Of a DNA stretch of 64,000 nucleotides, positions 1 through 20,005 are shown in pieces. How positions within the stretch are numbered: position 1 is the stretch's first letter; every line of letters begins with the position of its first letter. Position numbers and translations under genes: made by a program. Origin of the DNA: the human T2T-CHM13v2.0 reference genome, Homo sapiens; assembly GCF_009914755.1 (NCBI RefSeq), contig NC_060943.1. One strand, 5' to 3'. Below the pieces are notes generated by a model. It was not told the origin of the DNA and searched no databases. It saw only the letters and a list, made by a program, of their open reading frames with translations.

Positions 1-1133
1 ATAATGCTTCCAGAGTTTGTTCAGGGCCCAGGGCTCGCTTTTGGAGCTTTCTCCTGATATCCACAGATGATTGGGTAATAAACTTGTCTTTTAGGATCAA
101 TTGACCCTCAAGTGAGTCGGGTGACAGGGGAGTGTATTTTCTTAAGGCCTCCCGTAGCTGCTCGTGGAAGGCAGAAGCATTTTCTTCCTTTCCCTGAGTT
201 ATGGTGGACATCATTGAATAATTCATGGGCTTTTTCCTAATACTCCTTAGTCCTTCTAGAACACAAGTCAGCAGATGTTTACGACTCCAGTCCCCATGAT
301 CTGAGTCGAGGTCCCAGTGGGGATCCATACTGACTTACTGACATACGGCTTGCTGACTAGTAAGGAATTTGTCCCTTTCTTCAACTGTCATTCTATCATT
401 TACTGGACTAAGATACCAGGTATCTCCAAACTCTTGGGCTGCAGCTAAAGCCACATTCTTTTCATTAAAGGCCAGGGTTTGATCTAACACTAGCATGACA
501 TCTCTCCAAGTGAGATAGAAGGTTTGCCCTCGACCCTGTAGGACATCTGTATACCTATCAAGATCATCTGAAAGCTTCCCAAGGTCTGCCTTGATCTGCT
601 TAAAATCAGAGAGGGAGAAGGGAACATGTACCTAGGTTGGGCCAAATTCCGCTCCCCCTACAGCTTGAAGGGGACATAACCGATAGCCCGGGAAGGGGGC
701 GTTTGTGATCCTTTGGAGATTTCTTTGCTTATTTCCTTCTGGGCAGCGGACATTAGAGGAGGATTATCATTAATAGGAAGGGGAGCTATAGGGAGGCTAG
801 GATATGGAGGTAAGCTGAGAGGTCCTCCTGTGGGATGTAAATTGCAAGCTTTGCATACTTGGGTATTCTCCTTCAATGAAAAGAAAACTTAGACATAAGG
901 TATTTCACTCCATTTGCCTTCCCTCTTACAGAAAAGGTCAGGCTGCAGGATAGTACTGTAGTTTATACTTCCCTCAGGTGGCCATTTTTCCCCATCAGAG
1001 AGAGAAATTGGGGCCAGGCTGTAGTATAGAAAAAAATGAGCCACCTCTTTTTCAGGGTTTGTGGGTCAAATTGGTCCCAGTGGCTTAGGATGCATTTCAA
1101 GGGTGAGCCTGTTGATGCCTGAGTGTTTCCCAT
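1..1133 (-). pseudogene. Defective HERV9 gag (matrix/capsid), disrupted
   Basis: ATG at 1133-1131; homology continues in another frame (KENTQVCKACNLHPTGGPLSLPPYP, 876-658), so frameshift near 1000; in-frame TAG near 573 (CCA ACC TAG). Confidence 0.9.
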
Positions 1134-1180
1134 CTGAAAGACAAAACCGCCTGTGGTTTTGGTTTGTTTGTTTCTCCCCC

Positions 1181-1420
1181 TGCCCAAGAACCTGCAACGG
1201 TCCCTGGACCCTGCTGATCGGAATAGTTGTGCTCACCAATGCAGCAGCAGAAACACCTCTTGCCCAAGAACCTGCAACAGTCCCCGGACCCTGCTGATTG
1301 GAGTAGTTGTGCTCACCAACGCAGCAGCAGAAACAACCCCTGCCCAAGAACCCGCAACAGTCCCTGGACCCTGCTGATCAGAATGGTTGTGCTCACTGAC
1401 ACAGCAGCAGAAACACTAGT
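1181..1420. repeat. Three 80-bp tandem repeats in the HERV9 leader just upstream of gag
   Basis: TGCCCAAGAACCYGCAAC...GCAGCAGAAACA units start at 1181, 1261 and 1341; a further diverged ~86-bp pair follows at ~1420-1580. Confidence 0.95.
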
Positions 1421-2438
1421 TCTCCTAGACCACAAGGAGGAATGAGGAAGGTCAGATTTCGTGGCCCTTACCAACACATTCTCGAAAACCTGCGCCCTTT
1501 CCTGTCCTCCTAGACCTCAAAGAGGACTGAGAAAAATCAGATTTAGTGGCCCTTACTGATGCATTCTTGGAAAACTGTTGGAGTCCTAAGCATTCTCCTG
1601 TTAGTATTGGGACCTTACCCATGTCCTATAAAGATGTTATGCCCCCAAAATGAAGTGGAGGGCCATACCCTGAGGGAGGGAAGGGATCTCCAGAGTTGGA
1701 AGAGTGAAGCCTTTTATCCCCAGTTATATGAATAGGAAGGATACAATTTCTGAGGCTCCCGATATCCTAGTTTCAGGAATAGCTTTTGTTAGGCCTGCTT
1801 TTCTGAGGAGGGATTCTAAAATTCCAGATAATCCCCCCTACGATGGGGCTTTGAGCAAAAACTGTGTCTTTCTGATTGGTGAGCCCGGGTGTCTAAAGAA
1901 GGTAACAGAGTCCTGAAGTTTATCCTAGAAATCATTCTTACAGGAGAAACTAGAAAAGCACCAGAGATGGAGTGGTTTTTAGAAGTGGGACTAGCCTCAA
2001 AGAAAGGCGAGAGGAAGTTTGTCTGACAGGCATTAGGACCCAGGAGGCAAGGGTCAGGATAGATAGGATAGATGGGTGAGTCTCGCCTGTGCGACGTGAC
2101 TTTCAGAGTTCCATTCATGGCTGCAGGGTCAACCAACTTGTTGTCGGGACCCCGGAGCTGAATGGCTTTCCTCGCTGTCGACCCTCGGCTCAGCCCAGAA
2201 GTACAGGAAAAGCAGAAGCTGGTTCCAGGCAAACCAACGCTCCCCACTCCGAAGAGTCGGGGGTTGTTAGCCCTTTCCCAGAAAGCCTGACACCCGTGTC
2301 TTTAGTTCAGCAGCCACACTAGTCGCTTTTAACTGGCCAACATGTCCCCATATTTAGCTCTCAAATTCTAAGGAAAAATAGGACAGAATAGCAAGCGAAA
2401 GGGGTCCAAAGGCACTCACCGCTTAGTGATAGGTAATA

Positions 2439-2456
2439 GTCCCTTCGTGGTCACCA
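2439..2456 (-). other. Retroviral primer-binding site, tRNA-Arg
   Basis: TGGTGACCACGAAGGGAC directly after the LTR end; complementary to a tRNA-Arg 3' end (GTCCCTTCGTGGTCGCCA) with one mismatch. Confidence 0.88.
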
Positions 2457-2459
2457 AAA

Positions 2460-3257
2460 TGTGTCCAGAATTGGTTCCTTCTGGTGGGTTCTTGGTTTCG
2501 CTGACTTCAAGAATGAAGCTGCAGACCCTTGCGGTGAGTGTTACAGTTCTTAAAGATGGTGTGTCTGGAGTTTGTTCCTTCAGATATTCAGATGTGTCCG
2601 GAGTTTCTTTCGTTGGGTTCGTGGTCTCACTGACTTTAGGAGTGAAGCCACAGACCTTTGCAGTGAGTGTTACAGCTCTTAAAGGTGGCATGTCTGGAGT
2701 TGTTTGTTCCTCCTGGTGCGTTCCTGGTCTCGCTGGCTTGGAGTGAAGCTGCAGACCTTCGCGGTGAGTGTTACAGCTCATAAAGGTAGTGTAAACCCAA
2801 AGAGTGAGCAGCAGCAAGATTTATTGCGAAGAGCAAAAGAACAGAGCTTCCACAGCATGGAAAGGGACCCGAGCGGGTTGCTGCTGCTGGCTTGGGTGGC
2901 CAGCTTTTATTCCCTTATTTGGCCCTGCCCACATCCTGCTGATTGGTCCATTTTACAGAGCGCTGATTGGTCCATTTTACAGAGTGCTGAGTGGTCCATT
3001 TTACACAGTGCTGATTGGTCCGTTTTTACAGAGTGCTAATTGGTGTATTTACAAACCTTTAGCTAGACACAGAGTGCTGATTGGTGCGTTTTTACAGAGT
3101 ACTGATTGGTGCGTTTACAAACCTTGAGCTAGACACAGAGTGCTGATTGGTGCATTTTTACAGAGTGCTGATTGGTGCATTTACAAACCTTTAGCTAGAC
3201 AGAAAAGTTCTCCAAGTCCCCACTCGACCCAGGAAGTCCAGCTGGCTTCACCTCTCA
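2460..3257 (-). mobile_element. LTR12-family 5' LTR of HERV9 (short type, not the long CpG-rich LTR12C)
   Basis: Minus strand TGAGAGGTGAAGCCAGC...GGACACA; U3 tandem repeats with 8 CCAAT boxes (ATTGG at 2942, 2966, 3014, 3039, 3080, 3105, 3146, 3171); AATAAAA TATA-like box ~2910; three U5 repeats at 2490-2790. Confidence 0.93.
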
Positions 3258-3465
3258 CTGGGCTGAAGTGATTCTCGTCTCAGCTTCCCGGGTAGCTGGG
3301 CCCACAGGCACCTGCAACCACGCTTGGCTAATTGTTTTATTTTTTGTAGAGACCGGATCTCACTATGTTGCTCAGGGAGGTCTTGAACTCCTGGCCTCAA
3401 GCGACCGTCCAGCTTCAGCCTCCCAAAGTCTTGGGGATTATTGGCATAAGCTACTGTGCCTGGCC
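3258..3465 (-). mobile_element. Old Alu (AluJ-like) interrupted by the HERV9 insertion
   Basis: Alu sequence begins mid right arm (CTGGGCTGAAGTGATTCTC) exactly at the LTR terminus; its tail must lie beyond the other end of the provirus. Confidence 0.75.
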
Positions 3466-3621
3466 AGTTTCAGTCTTTTAAAATTTATTGGCCAGTACAG
3501 TGACTGATACCTATAATCTCAGCATTTTGGGAGAAGAAGGCCAGAGGATCAATTGAGCTCAAGAACTCAAGACCTGCCTGGACTGTAACATACTAAGACC
3601 TCATATCTAGAAAAAATTTTA

Positions 3622-3789
<168 letters not shown>

Positions 3790-3907
3790 TTATTGAGACT
3801 TGTTTTATGGCCATGAATATGTTCTATCTTGGTGAATGTTCCCTTTGCACCTAAGAAGAATATGTATTCTGCTATTTGTTGGTATTTTGGTAAAAATGTA
3901 AAATTAG

Positions 3908-4159
<252 letters not shown>

Positions 4160-4605
4160 TGACCTCAGGTGATCCACCTGTCTGGGCCTCCCAAAGTGCT
4201 GGGATTACAGGCGTGAGCCACTGTGCCTGGCCAGTCTTGCAAGTCTTCTATATCATTTCCTTGTTTCATCAGGTGCTGAGAGAGGAATGTGGAAATCTTC
4301 AACTAATAATTGTGGAGTTGTCTTTTTCACCTTTTAGTTCTATCAGATTTGGCTTCATGTATTTTGAAGCTCCCATGTAAGGTACTGACTGTATCTACAT
4401 TTAGGACTTTTAAAAGTTCATGGATTAACTCTTTGATGATTATGAAATATCCTTCTTTATTCCTGGTTATAATCTTTATTCTGAAATCTGAAGTTTACTC
4501 TGTTTGATATTAATATAGCCCCTCTGACTTTCTTTTGATTCATGTTAGTATATTTTTCTATCCTTTTAAACTATCTGTGTCTTTATTATTTAAAGTGTGT
4601 TTCTG

Positions 4606-5358
4606 GCTGGGTGCAGTGGCTTACACCTATAATCCCAACACTTTGGGAGGCCAAGGAGGGCTGATCACCTGAGTTCAGGAGTTTGAGACCAGCCCAGCAA
4701 CATAGCGAAACCCCATCTATATTAAAAATACAAAAATTATCCAGGTGTGCGGGGGTCTGTCCTGCAGACCCTGACCCAATGATGGATGAATAACGTGCAC
4801 TGATACAGATACTCTGCTTTGCCAGTCTGACTGAGCATCAGGGCTACTTACAGACTCCCAGGAGAGTGCTGTAAAAAGTTGCGACCTGGGCCTTGACCAG
4901 CCAGCCAGACTCATGTTTATTCAGTAAAGATTAATTGACAAAGGCTTGAGTCAACACCATTAGAGGGTAATTGACCTTGCAGACATCCCAGATAGAAAGC
5001 AATTAAGCACCTGCGGTAGATCCAAGGTTAGTCTTAGGACCACATGAGTAAACAAGCTAGTTAGATAAACTCCCCACATTCCTTTGTATCTACTTTAATT
5101 TATTTAATTAAAGGTAAGCGGACTAGGCTGCCTTCAGCCAGATCTGTTACCGAAGTTATGCAACTCTCAGGCCTTCCAAGAGGGTTTCTGGCTATTATAA
5201 CTAAATTTTTTCCCACCAGCCTGACTGAACCCTCACACAGGTGGAGACAGGAGAATTGCTTGAACCCAGGAGGCAGCGGTAGCAGTGAGCCAAGATCATG
5301 CCACTGCACTCCAGCCTGGGTGACAGAGCGAGACTCCATCTCCAAAAAGAGAAAAAAA
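4606..5358 (+). mobile_element. AluS element split by an LTR22 insertion
   Basis: Left arm and linker at 4606-4747; right arm resumes at 5244 (GAGACAGGAGAATTGC) to A-tail. Confidence 0.88.
4748..5237 (-). mobile_element. Solo LTR22 (HERV-K(HML-5)) with 6-bp TSD CAGGTG
   Basis: TG...CA termini; minus strand starts TGTGAGGGTTCAGTCAGGCTGGTGGGAAAAATTT; CAGGTG at 4742-4747 and 5238-5243. Confidence 0.85.
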
Positions 5359-5755
5359 AGTGTGTTTCTTGCAGGCAGCATATAGTCTTGCTTTTTATCC
5401 AATATAAAAACTTTTGCTTTTTAGTTGGAGTGTTTATTTAAATTTGTTATTGTCAATAAGGTTAGATTCATATCTACCATCTTACTGCTCATTTTTTGTT
5501 CCCATCTATTTGTACTGTTTTTCTTATGACTGTTTTATTTCCATTATTAACTTATTAACTATGTCTCTTTGTAGTTGCTCTAAAATTTGCAATATACATT
5601 TTTCATTTCGTTTATAGAGTTAGAACCTTGCAGCAATATACTTATTTGTTCCCTCCTGTCCTTTATGCTATTGTTGTCATACATTTGACTTTTATTATAA
5701 ACTCTACAATACACTGTGATTATTTTTGCTTTAGACCATCAATTTTTTTTTTTGA

Positions 5756-5914
<159 letters not shown>

Positions 5915-6102
5915 TAGGAGAAACGGGTTTTCTCCGTGTTGGTCAGGCTGCTGTCGAACTCCCAACCTCAGGTAATCCGCACACCTCGGCCTCCCAAAGT
6001 GCTGGGATTACAGGCATCAGCCACCACACCCAGCCTAGACCATCAGTCTTAATGAGAAAAAATGTCTTATGTTTACCTGCATATTTACTATTTTTTTATT
6101 GA

Positions 6103-6416
<314 letters not shown>

Positions 6417-6890
6417 AGACGGAGTCTCACTCTGTCACCCAGGCTGGAGTGCAGTGGCATGATCTTGGCTCACTACAACCTCCGCCTCTCTGGTTCAAGT
6501 GATTCTCCTGCCTCAGCCTCCCGAGTAGCTGAGATTACAGGCACCCACCACCATGCCCAGCTACTTTTTGTACTTTTAGTAGAGATGAGTTTTCACCATG
6601 TTGGCCAGGCTGATCTCAAACTCCTGACCTCAGGTGATCCACCCAGCTGGGCCTCCCAAAGTGCTGGGATCACAGGCATGAGCCACCATGCCCAGCCACA
6701 TATTTACTATTTTTAGCACTCTTTATTCCTTTGTGTAGCTCTAAATCTATCTCTGGTATCCTTCTGCCTAAAGAAGTTTCTCTAATATTTCTTGTAGTAT
6801 AGATCCTGTGACAATGAATCCTCTAACTTTTGCTTGCTTGAAAATAACTATTTTGCCTTTGTTTTTGAAAGATACTTTGGCTAGGTATAA

Positions 6891-7275
<385 letters not shown>

Positions 7276-7483
7276 TGAGCCACCATGCCCAGCCTCTTGC
7301 AGGTAATATTTTTTATTTCTTTCATCATGTTGATCTTTTCCTTTGTATCTTTACAGCATTGTTTTTAATGCCCTTTTCTGCTAACTTAATCCTTGCTATA
7401 ATTTCTGGGTCTGTTTCTGTTGACTTATTTTTTTTCTAGTTTTGGATGACGTTTTCCCACTTCATCATGTCTTGCAATTTTTA

Positions 7484-7834
<351 letters not shown>

Positions 7835-7938
7835 TCATCTCAAAAAAAAAAAAAAAAAAAAAAGTATTGGAACTTGGCTGGGTGCAGTGACTCACGCCTG
7901 TAACTCCAGCACTTTGGGAGGCCAAGGTGGGTGGATCA

Positions 7939-8211
<273 letters not shown>

Positions 8212-8446
8212 TTAAGTGATTGCAAATTACCTTAATTGTCTTGAGGTTTAATTTTAAATGATTTTAAGTGATTTTAGCATGGGCCTATAGTAGCCTTTAT
8301 TCTAGAGCTAATTTAGCTGCACTTTTTTTTTTTTTTTGAGACATACTTTCACTCTGCCACCCAGGCTGGAGTGCAGTGGCGTGGTCTTGGCTCACTGCAA
8401 CCTCCTCCTCCCTGGTTCAGGTGATTCTCATGCCTTAGCCTCCTGA

Positions 8447-8641
<195 letters not shown>

Positions 8642-8978
8642 TGACCCTCATAAGGTCTACTTGAGTGCTGCTTGTGTTCAACATGATCTCTCCACTGTGA
8701 TTGGAAGGAATTCGAATAATCCTTGGCCCCAGGTGACCTCTGGGAGTTTAATCTTAAGGCTCTCAGGTAATTGTTCTTTCTTCAGAAATCATTCTCTCCT
8801 TATGTATACAATGGTGAATAAAGTAAAATACTAATAATAGGAAAAAAAAGAGGCATCATTCTTTCCTGGTCTCATGTGGTTTCACCTTATGCATACATAG
8901 ATAAGTGTTGAGCAAAGATTCAAGTGCACCCTACACAGATTTCTAGAGCTCTACTCTGTAGGTCTTTCCTCTCAGGTA

Positions 8979-9600
<622 letters not shown>

Positions 9601-10297
9601 TATGCTGCTTCCCAAATTCTGCTGTATGGGCTTCCCAAAATTCAAGCTGTGTCTCAAGTCAGTGAAAATCCCAGGCTCTGATTAGTCTCTTGCTCCTTGG
9701 GTTGCAGTCTGGGAATTCCCTTTAAGCAGTAACCCTGGCCATGGTAGGACTCACCTCCCATTGTAGCCTCCCAGGTGGCTGTGATTACAGGCGTGAGCCA
9801 CTGCACTCAGCAGGAAAGCATTGCATTTTGTACAATGCTTTACTAGTAAGAAGTAATCAGTAAGTGATAAGGTATTGTAACCTGTGGTCTGGACTCACCT
9901 GAACAGGTTGGATTAAGTGGGTTGATGCCTGCCATTTAACCCTTTGTCTTCGTTGTTATCACTGAACTCATACGGTTGCCTTGGAAATAACATAGAGAGA
10001 TTGGGTGGTCCTTTGAGGCCCAGGGCTCTGTTTTTTAAATGCCATTTTGGCCACCTGCAGAATGATTAGGGGACTCACTGAACTCATAGATTGCTGGACA
10101 CCATACCAGGGCCCTGGGAATGTGAAGGCTTCACAGACTTCTCAGTCAATGTTTAAGCATGTACGAGCTTGCAAACCTTTGACCTACAGTCATCTAAAGC
10201 AGAAATCAATTCCAAATCCCAGGGCTTGGGGGCGAGAATCAGTTTCTCCTAGGTGTATAAGTGGATATTTAGTAAACCAAGTAAAGAACAACCTTAT

Positions 10298-11220
<923 letters not shown>

Positions 11221-11919
11221 TTATCTAAATGTCTATGGAAAGAAGGCTCAGGAAGGAGAGGAGGTTGTAGAATGAAGCCACTGAAGTTTTCCGGGCAAAT
11301 ACTGCCTGGCTGAAACCCTACCAAGTTATTACTCTCTTGACTGTAGGCTGAGTCATGCCAGGTGACTTCCTGAAAGCTGCTGTTGCTCCTGATGCTTCAC
11401 CGCCGTTGTACCATGTGGCACACATCACCACATCACAAAGCATTTTGGTTGCTGAAGTCCCCATAGGGCCTAGGAGAGCTTTGTGGTGTCCATCATTATA
11501 TCCTCAGGATCTAGCCAAGTACCCATTTCCCAGAGGAATGAACAGGCACCAAATTCTCCATCTACTGTGATGAGTTTACCCTTCAGAGTCTTTCTTCTTT
11601 CAGCAGGGACCGGAACCACCTTACCCTCTCTGCATCTCCCACCTCTTATGCTGAACAGCTCTCCCAGGTCAAGCCTCAGGGGTCTGCCCTGGTTTATTTA
11701 CTAGTTCTGAGGATCAGTGTCCTAATAAGCAACCTCTTAAGAGGATCAACCCAGCTTTCTTCACTGAATCTTTTCATGTTGTCTTTGAGGGATCTCACAG
11801 GGCGCATTAATGAATTCATTTTACACATTCAGTTCTACCTTAGGTACTGGTCTGACTGTCTCAAGTCTCACATTGTCTATGGCATAAACCTTAAGAAACC
11901 CTGCCTTTGTCTTTCACAG

Positions 11920-12127
11920 TGGTCATCTCCATCAGAGGCAACTGAAAGTTTCTTATCAAAAGAAATTTGGTTGCCACCCCCACAGTTCTACGAAGTGAGA
12001 AGACTTGCAAACTTTGCCTCTCTCTCTGACTTGCACAAATTTTGTTTGGGTCGTGCATTAGAAGGACTGGAAAGGTGGCTGCCGATCATCTTGTTAACTG
12101 CTGATGGGATGGTCCATCTTTTACCAG
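11920..12127 (+). CDS. NUDT19: NUDT19 penultimate coding exon (exon 2), acyl-CoA diphosphatase, Nudix hydrolase 19
   Basis: ctttcacag|TGG...CCA G|gtaaac; 208 nt encoding WSSPSEATESFLSKEIWLPPPQFYEVRRL...GMVHLLP; phase joins next exon as G|GT GAT (LLPGDELY). Confidence 0.95.
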
Positions 12128-13220
12128 GTAAACCAGTGAAGCATCGGTGCTTTTGTTAGTATTCACATTCAGTGCCCTGGGCTGCATGGCTGTATTGCCC
12201 AACGTAGAGACAGGAATTACAGTCTGTGTTTTGTAATCTACAGGGTATTAGCTAAGTAAGATCAAAGCCTATAAAATATCCATATTATTATAACCAGAAA
12301 TTCTGCATAATGTCATATACATACACATACATTTATATTAATATATTTCCTAGACATTGACAAAGGTCTTTCTCATATAATTTCTCACTTTTTTTTTTTT
12401 TTTCTGAGACAGTTTCCCTCTGTCACCCAGGCTGGAGTGCAGTGGCACAATCTTGGCTCACTGCAACCTCCACCTCCCAGGTTCAAGCAATTCTCTGCCT
12501 CAGCCTCCCAAGAAGCTGGGATTACAGGTGCCCACCACTGTGCCCGGCTAATCTTTGTATTTTTTTTTTAGTAGATACGGGGTTTCACCATCTTGGCCAG
12601 GCTGGTCTTGAACTCTTGACCTTGTGATCCACCCGCCTTGGCCTCCCAAAGTGCTGGGATTACAGTCATGAGCCACCATGCCTGGCTGATTTCTCACTTT
12701 TTTGCATTTTAAGTTTGAATTACGAGAACTCGTAAGTTGTCATCTAATTTGAATTAGGGAGCTTTTTTTTTGAGACAGAGTTTTGCTCTTGTCACCCAGG
12801 CTGGAGTGCAATCTGGGCTCACTGCAACCTTTGCCTCCTGGGTTCAAGCGATACTTCTGCCTCAGCCTCCCGAGTAGCTGGAATTACAGGCATGTGCCAC
12901 CACGCCTGGCTAATTTTTTTGTATTATTAGTAGAGACAGGGTTTCACCATGTTGGCCAGGCTGGTCTTGAACTCCTGACCTCAGGTGATCCGCCCGCCTC
13001 AGCCTCCCCAAATTCTGGGATTATAGGCATGAGCCACTGTGCCCAGCCAACTTTGTTTTTTTTTTTCAGTTGGACATAATTTCAATTGAAATTATGAATT
13101 ATGAAATTATGAAGAAAATAAAGTAAAATGTTAACTCTATCTCAACTGAAAATACAAAAAAAAAAAAAAAAAACAAATTAGCCAGGCATGGTGGCACACA
13201 CCTGTAATCCCAGCTGCTCA

Positions 13221-13376
<156 letters not shown>

Positions 13377-13467
13377 TCAGCACTTTGGGAGGCTGAGGCG
13401 GGTGGATCACCTAAGGGCGAGAGTTCGAGACCGGCCTGACCAACATGGAGAAATCCCGTCTCTACTA

Positions 13468-13643
<176 letters not shown>

Positions 13644-13855
13644 TTATTACTCAACCTACAGTGGGAAAATTTAGCAGTTTTGATGGAATTTCTCTAAATT
13701 AACCTGAAGATGATAAGAACAGCCCACTTTGAAACATCAAAAGTATATGAATATCAAGGCCAATCTTAATATCAGTATTGAATAGAATAAAGAGAGTCAT
13801 GAACTGGTATAATAGTTACAGTTCACAGTGGAAACATACCAGTCACAGATGTTTA

Positions 13856-14247
<392 letters not shown>

Positions 14248-14486
14248 TTAGATTAGTTAACAACTATCTCAGTTCCAAACATATTAAATAGATCAAAATA
14301 AATACTGATTTAACAACTATCTCAGTTCCAAACATATGAAATAGATAAAAATACTGATTTGTATTTCATTAGTATATTGGAGTGATTTATAAAATAATAC
14401 TCGATGGAATTAAAATTTTATACTTTCTGCCATGGTGAAAAATAATTTTGTATTTAAAAATAAAATCAGATTTTTTCCTTTTTCAG

Positions 14487-14692
14487 GTGATGAGCTATAT
14501 TTAGAAGATTCAGACTTTTTGGAAAATCTTATGTCTACTGAAAAAAAGACTGAGGAAATCATGAAGGAAGGCAAGCAGTTTCACCGGATAGTGACATACC
14601 ATCGCCACCTTTATGATATCCACGTGACTGTTCAGCCAAAGTATAAACACGTTTATCCTAAGAACTCTGTAGTAAGAAAAAGCCATTTGTAG
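14487..14692 (+). CDS. NUDT19: NUDT19 last coding exon; C-terminal peroxisomal targeting signal SHL
   Basis: ttttttcctttttcag|GTGATGAG...AGC CAT TTG TAG; GDELYLEDSDFLE...KNSVVRKSHL*. Confidence 0.96.
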
Positions 14693-16530
<1,838 letters not shown>

Positions 16531-16553
16531 AGATTAGAGAACTATATCTAGCA

Positions 16554-16765
16554 CAGCAGTCCTCAGCCTGGGCACTTTTGCCCTAGGGAACATTTGGCTA
16601 TGTCTGGAAACATTTTTGGTTGTTGAAACTGTGGGCAGAGTGGGTGGGTGGGGGAGTATGCTACTACCATCTAGTAGTAGGGAGAGGCCAGGGATGCAAC
16701 TGAACAGCCTGCAATGCGCAGTCTCACCCATAGCAAAGAATTACCTGACCAAGGATGAGACACCC
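16554..16765. mobile_element. MER20 (hAT-Charlie) DNA transposon
   Basis: GGGAACATTTGGCTATGTCTGGAAACATTTTTGGTTG...GAGGCCAGGGATGC matches remembered MER20 consensus. Confidence 0.75.
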
Positions 16766-16840
16766 AATCTAAAGTAAAATCTTTTTTTTTTTAAATAAAT
16801 GGTTCCAATATGTAAATTTTGAGAACCACAGATACTATTA

Positions 16841-17023
<183 letters not shown>

Positions 17024-17030
17024 CTACTAA

Positions 17031-17517
<487 letters not shown>

Positions 17518-17707
17518 TAGCTTTGTCTTTTGACTCTCAAAGATTACTAGAATGTTGCCGCTGGAAGGGACCTCATTGAACACCATGATTTTGCCAGTGA
17601 GAAAACCGAGACACGCAGCTGGTTAGTGCCACAGTCAACTCCCTCTTCACTGGAGTTGCCATGGCTCAGTGGGTGATATTAGAAGATGTCATGATAAAGT
17701 AATATGA

Positions 17708-18097
<390 letters not shown>

Positions 18098-18216
18098 TGA
18101 GTGAACCTTGTCTCCTTCCAAGAATTCCTTTTGGGAGACTTGTCACATGACTTCCTACCTATAGTGATATCTTGCCCATACCCCATAACCCCAAATAATA
18201 TGAGCTGAAAAATTAA

Positions 18217-18492
<276 letters not shown>

Positions 18493-18584
18493 TGACCTCA
18501 AGTGATCTGCCCGCCTCAGCCTCCCAAAGTGCTGGGATTACAGATGTGAGCCCCTGTGCTGGGTCAGAAATATTTTTAAAGTTA

Positions 18585-18674
<90 letters not shown>

Positions 18675-18759
18675 TCAAGACCTGCCTGGGCAACATAGGG
18701 AGACCATGTCTCTATAAAAAAATTCAAAATTAGCTGGGTGGGCCAGGCACGGTGGTTCA

Positions 18760-19076
<317 letters not shown>

Positions 19077-19555
19077 TCAGGAGGCTGAGGTGGGAAGATA
19101 CTTGAGCCCAGGAGATAGAGGCTGCAGTGAGCAGCGATAAGATTGCGCCACTGTACTCCAGCCTGGGCAACAGAGCGAGACCCTGTCTCAAAAAAAAAAA
19201 AAAAAAGCACCATGAGACAGGGTGAAGAAAAAGGAAGCCTTGTGAATCTTTAAAAAAGTGTTTTCCGCTAGCACCAGAGTTGGAGGAGGGCAGGTTACAG
19301 TACAAATGCGGACCCCTTTTAACCTTGGGGAGACTGGGTGGCTGGACCCCCAGGGCAGTGAGTGTCTTGACTATGGGAGTGTAATATATAAATATTTCCA
19401 TTTTCTGTGAGCCATGTTGTAAAAAGATTGGGAAATACCGTACTGTAGCACAGGATCTAGTCAAACAAAAAAGTGTCTCCCCACACCAAGAACTGGGAGA
19501 AGTCTATATTACCCATTTTTGTGGATTGGGAACTGTTTTGGGACTTCCTATTTAA

Positions 19556-20005
<450 letters not shown>

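Larger units (their letters stand above)
1..2459 (-). mobile_element. HERV9 (ERV9) provirus internal region (leader, pre-gag, gag), continuing off the left edge; antisense within NUDT19 intron 1
   Basis: Minus strand reads LTR12, then PBS, splice donor GCG|GTGAGT (~2422-2414), ~1.3 kb leader, then gag MGNTQASTGSPLKCILSHWDQFDPQTLKK typical of the HERV9/HERV-W group. Confidence 0.93.
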
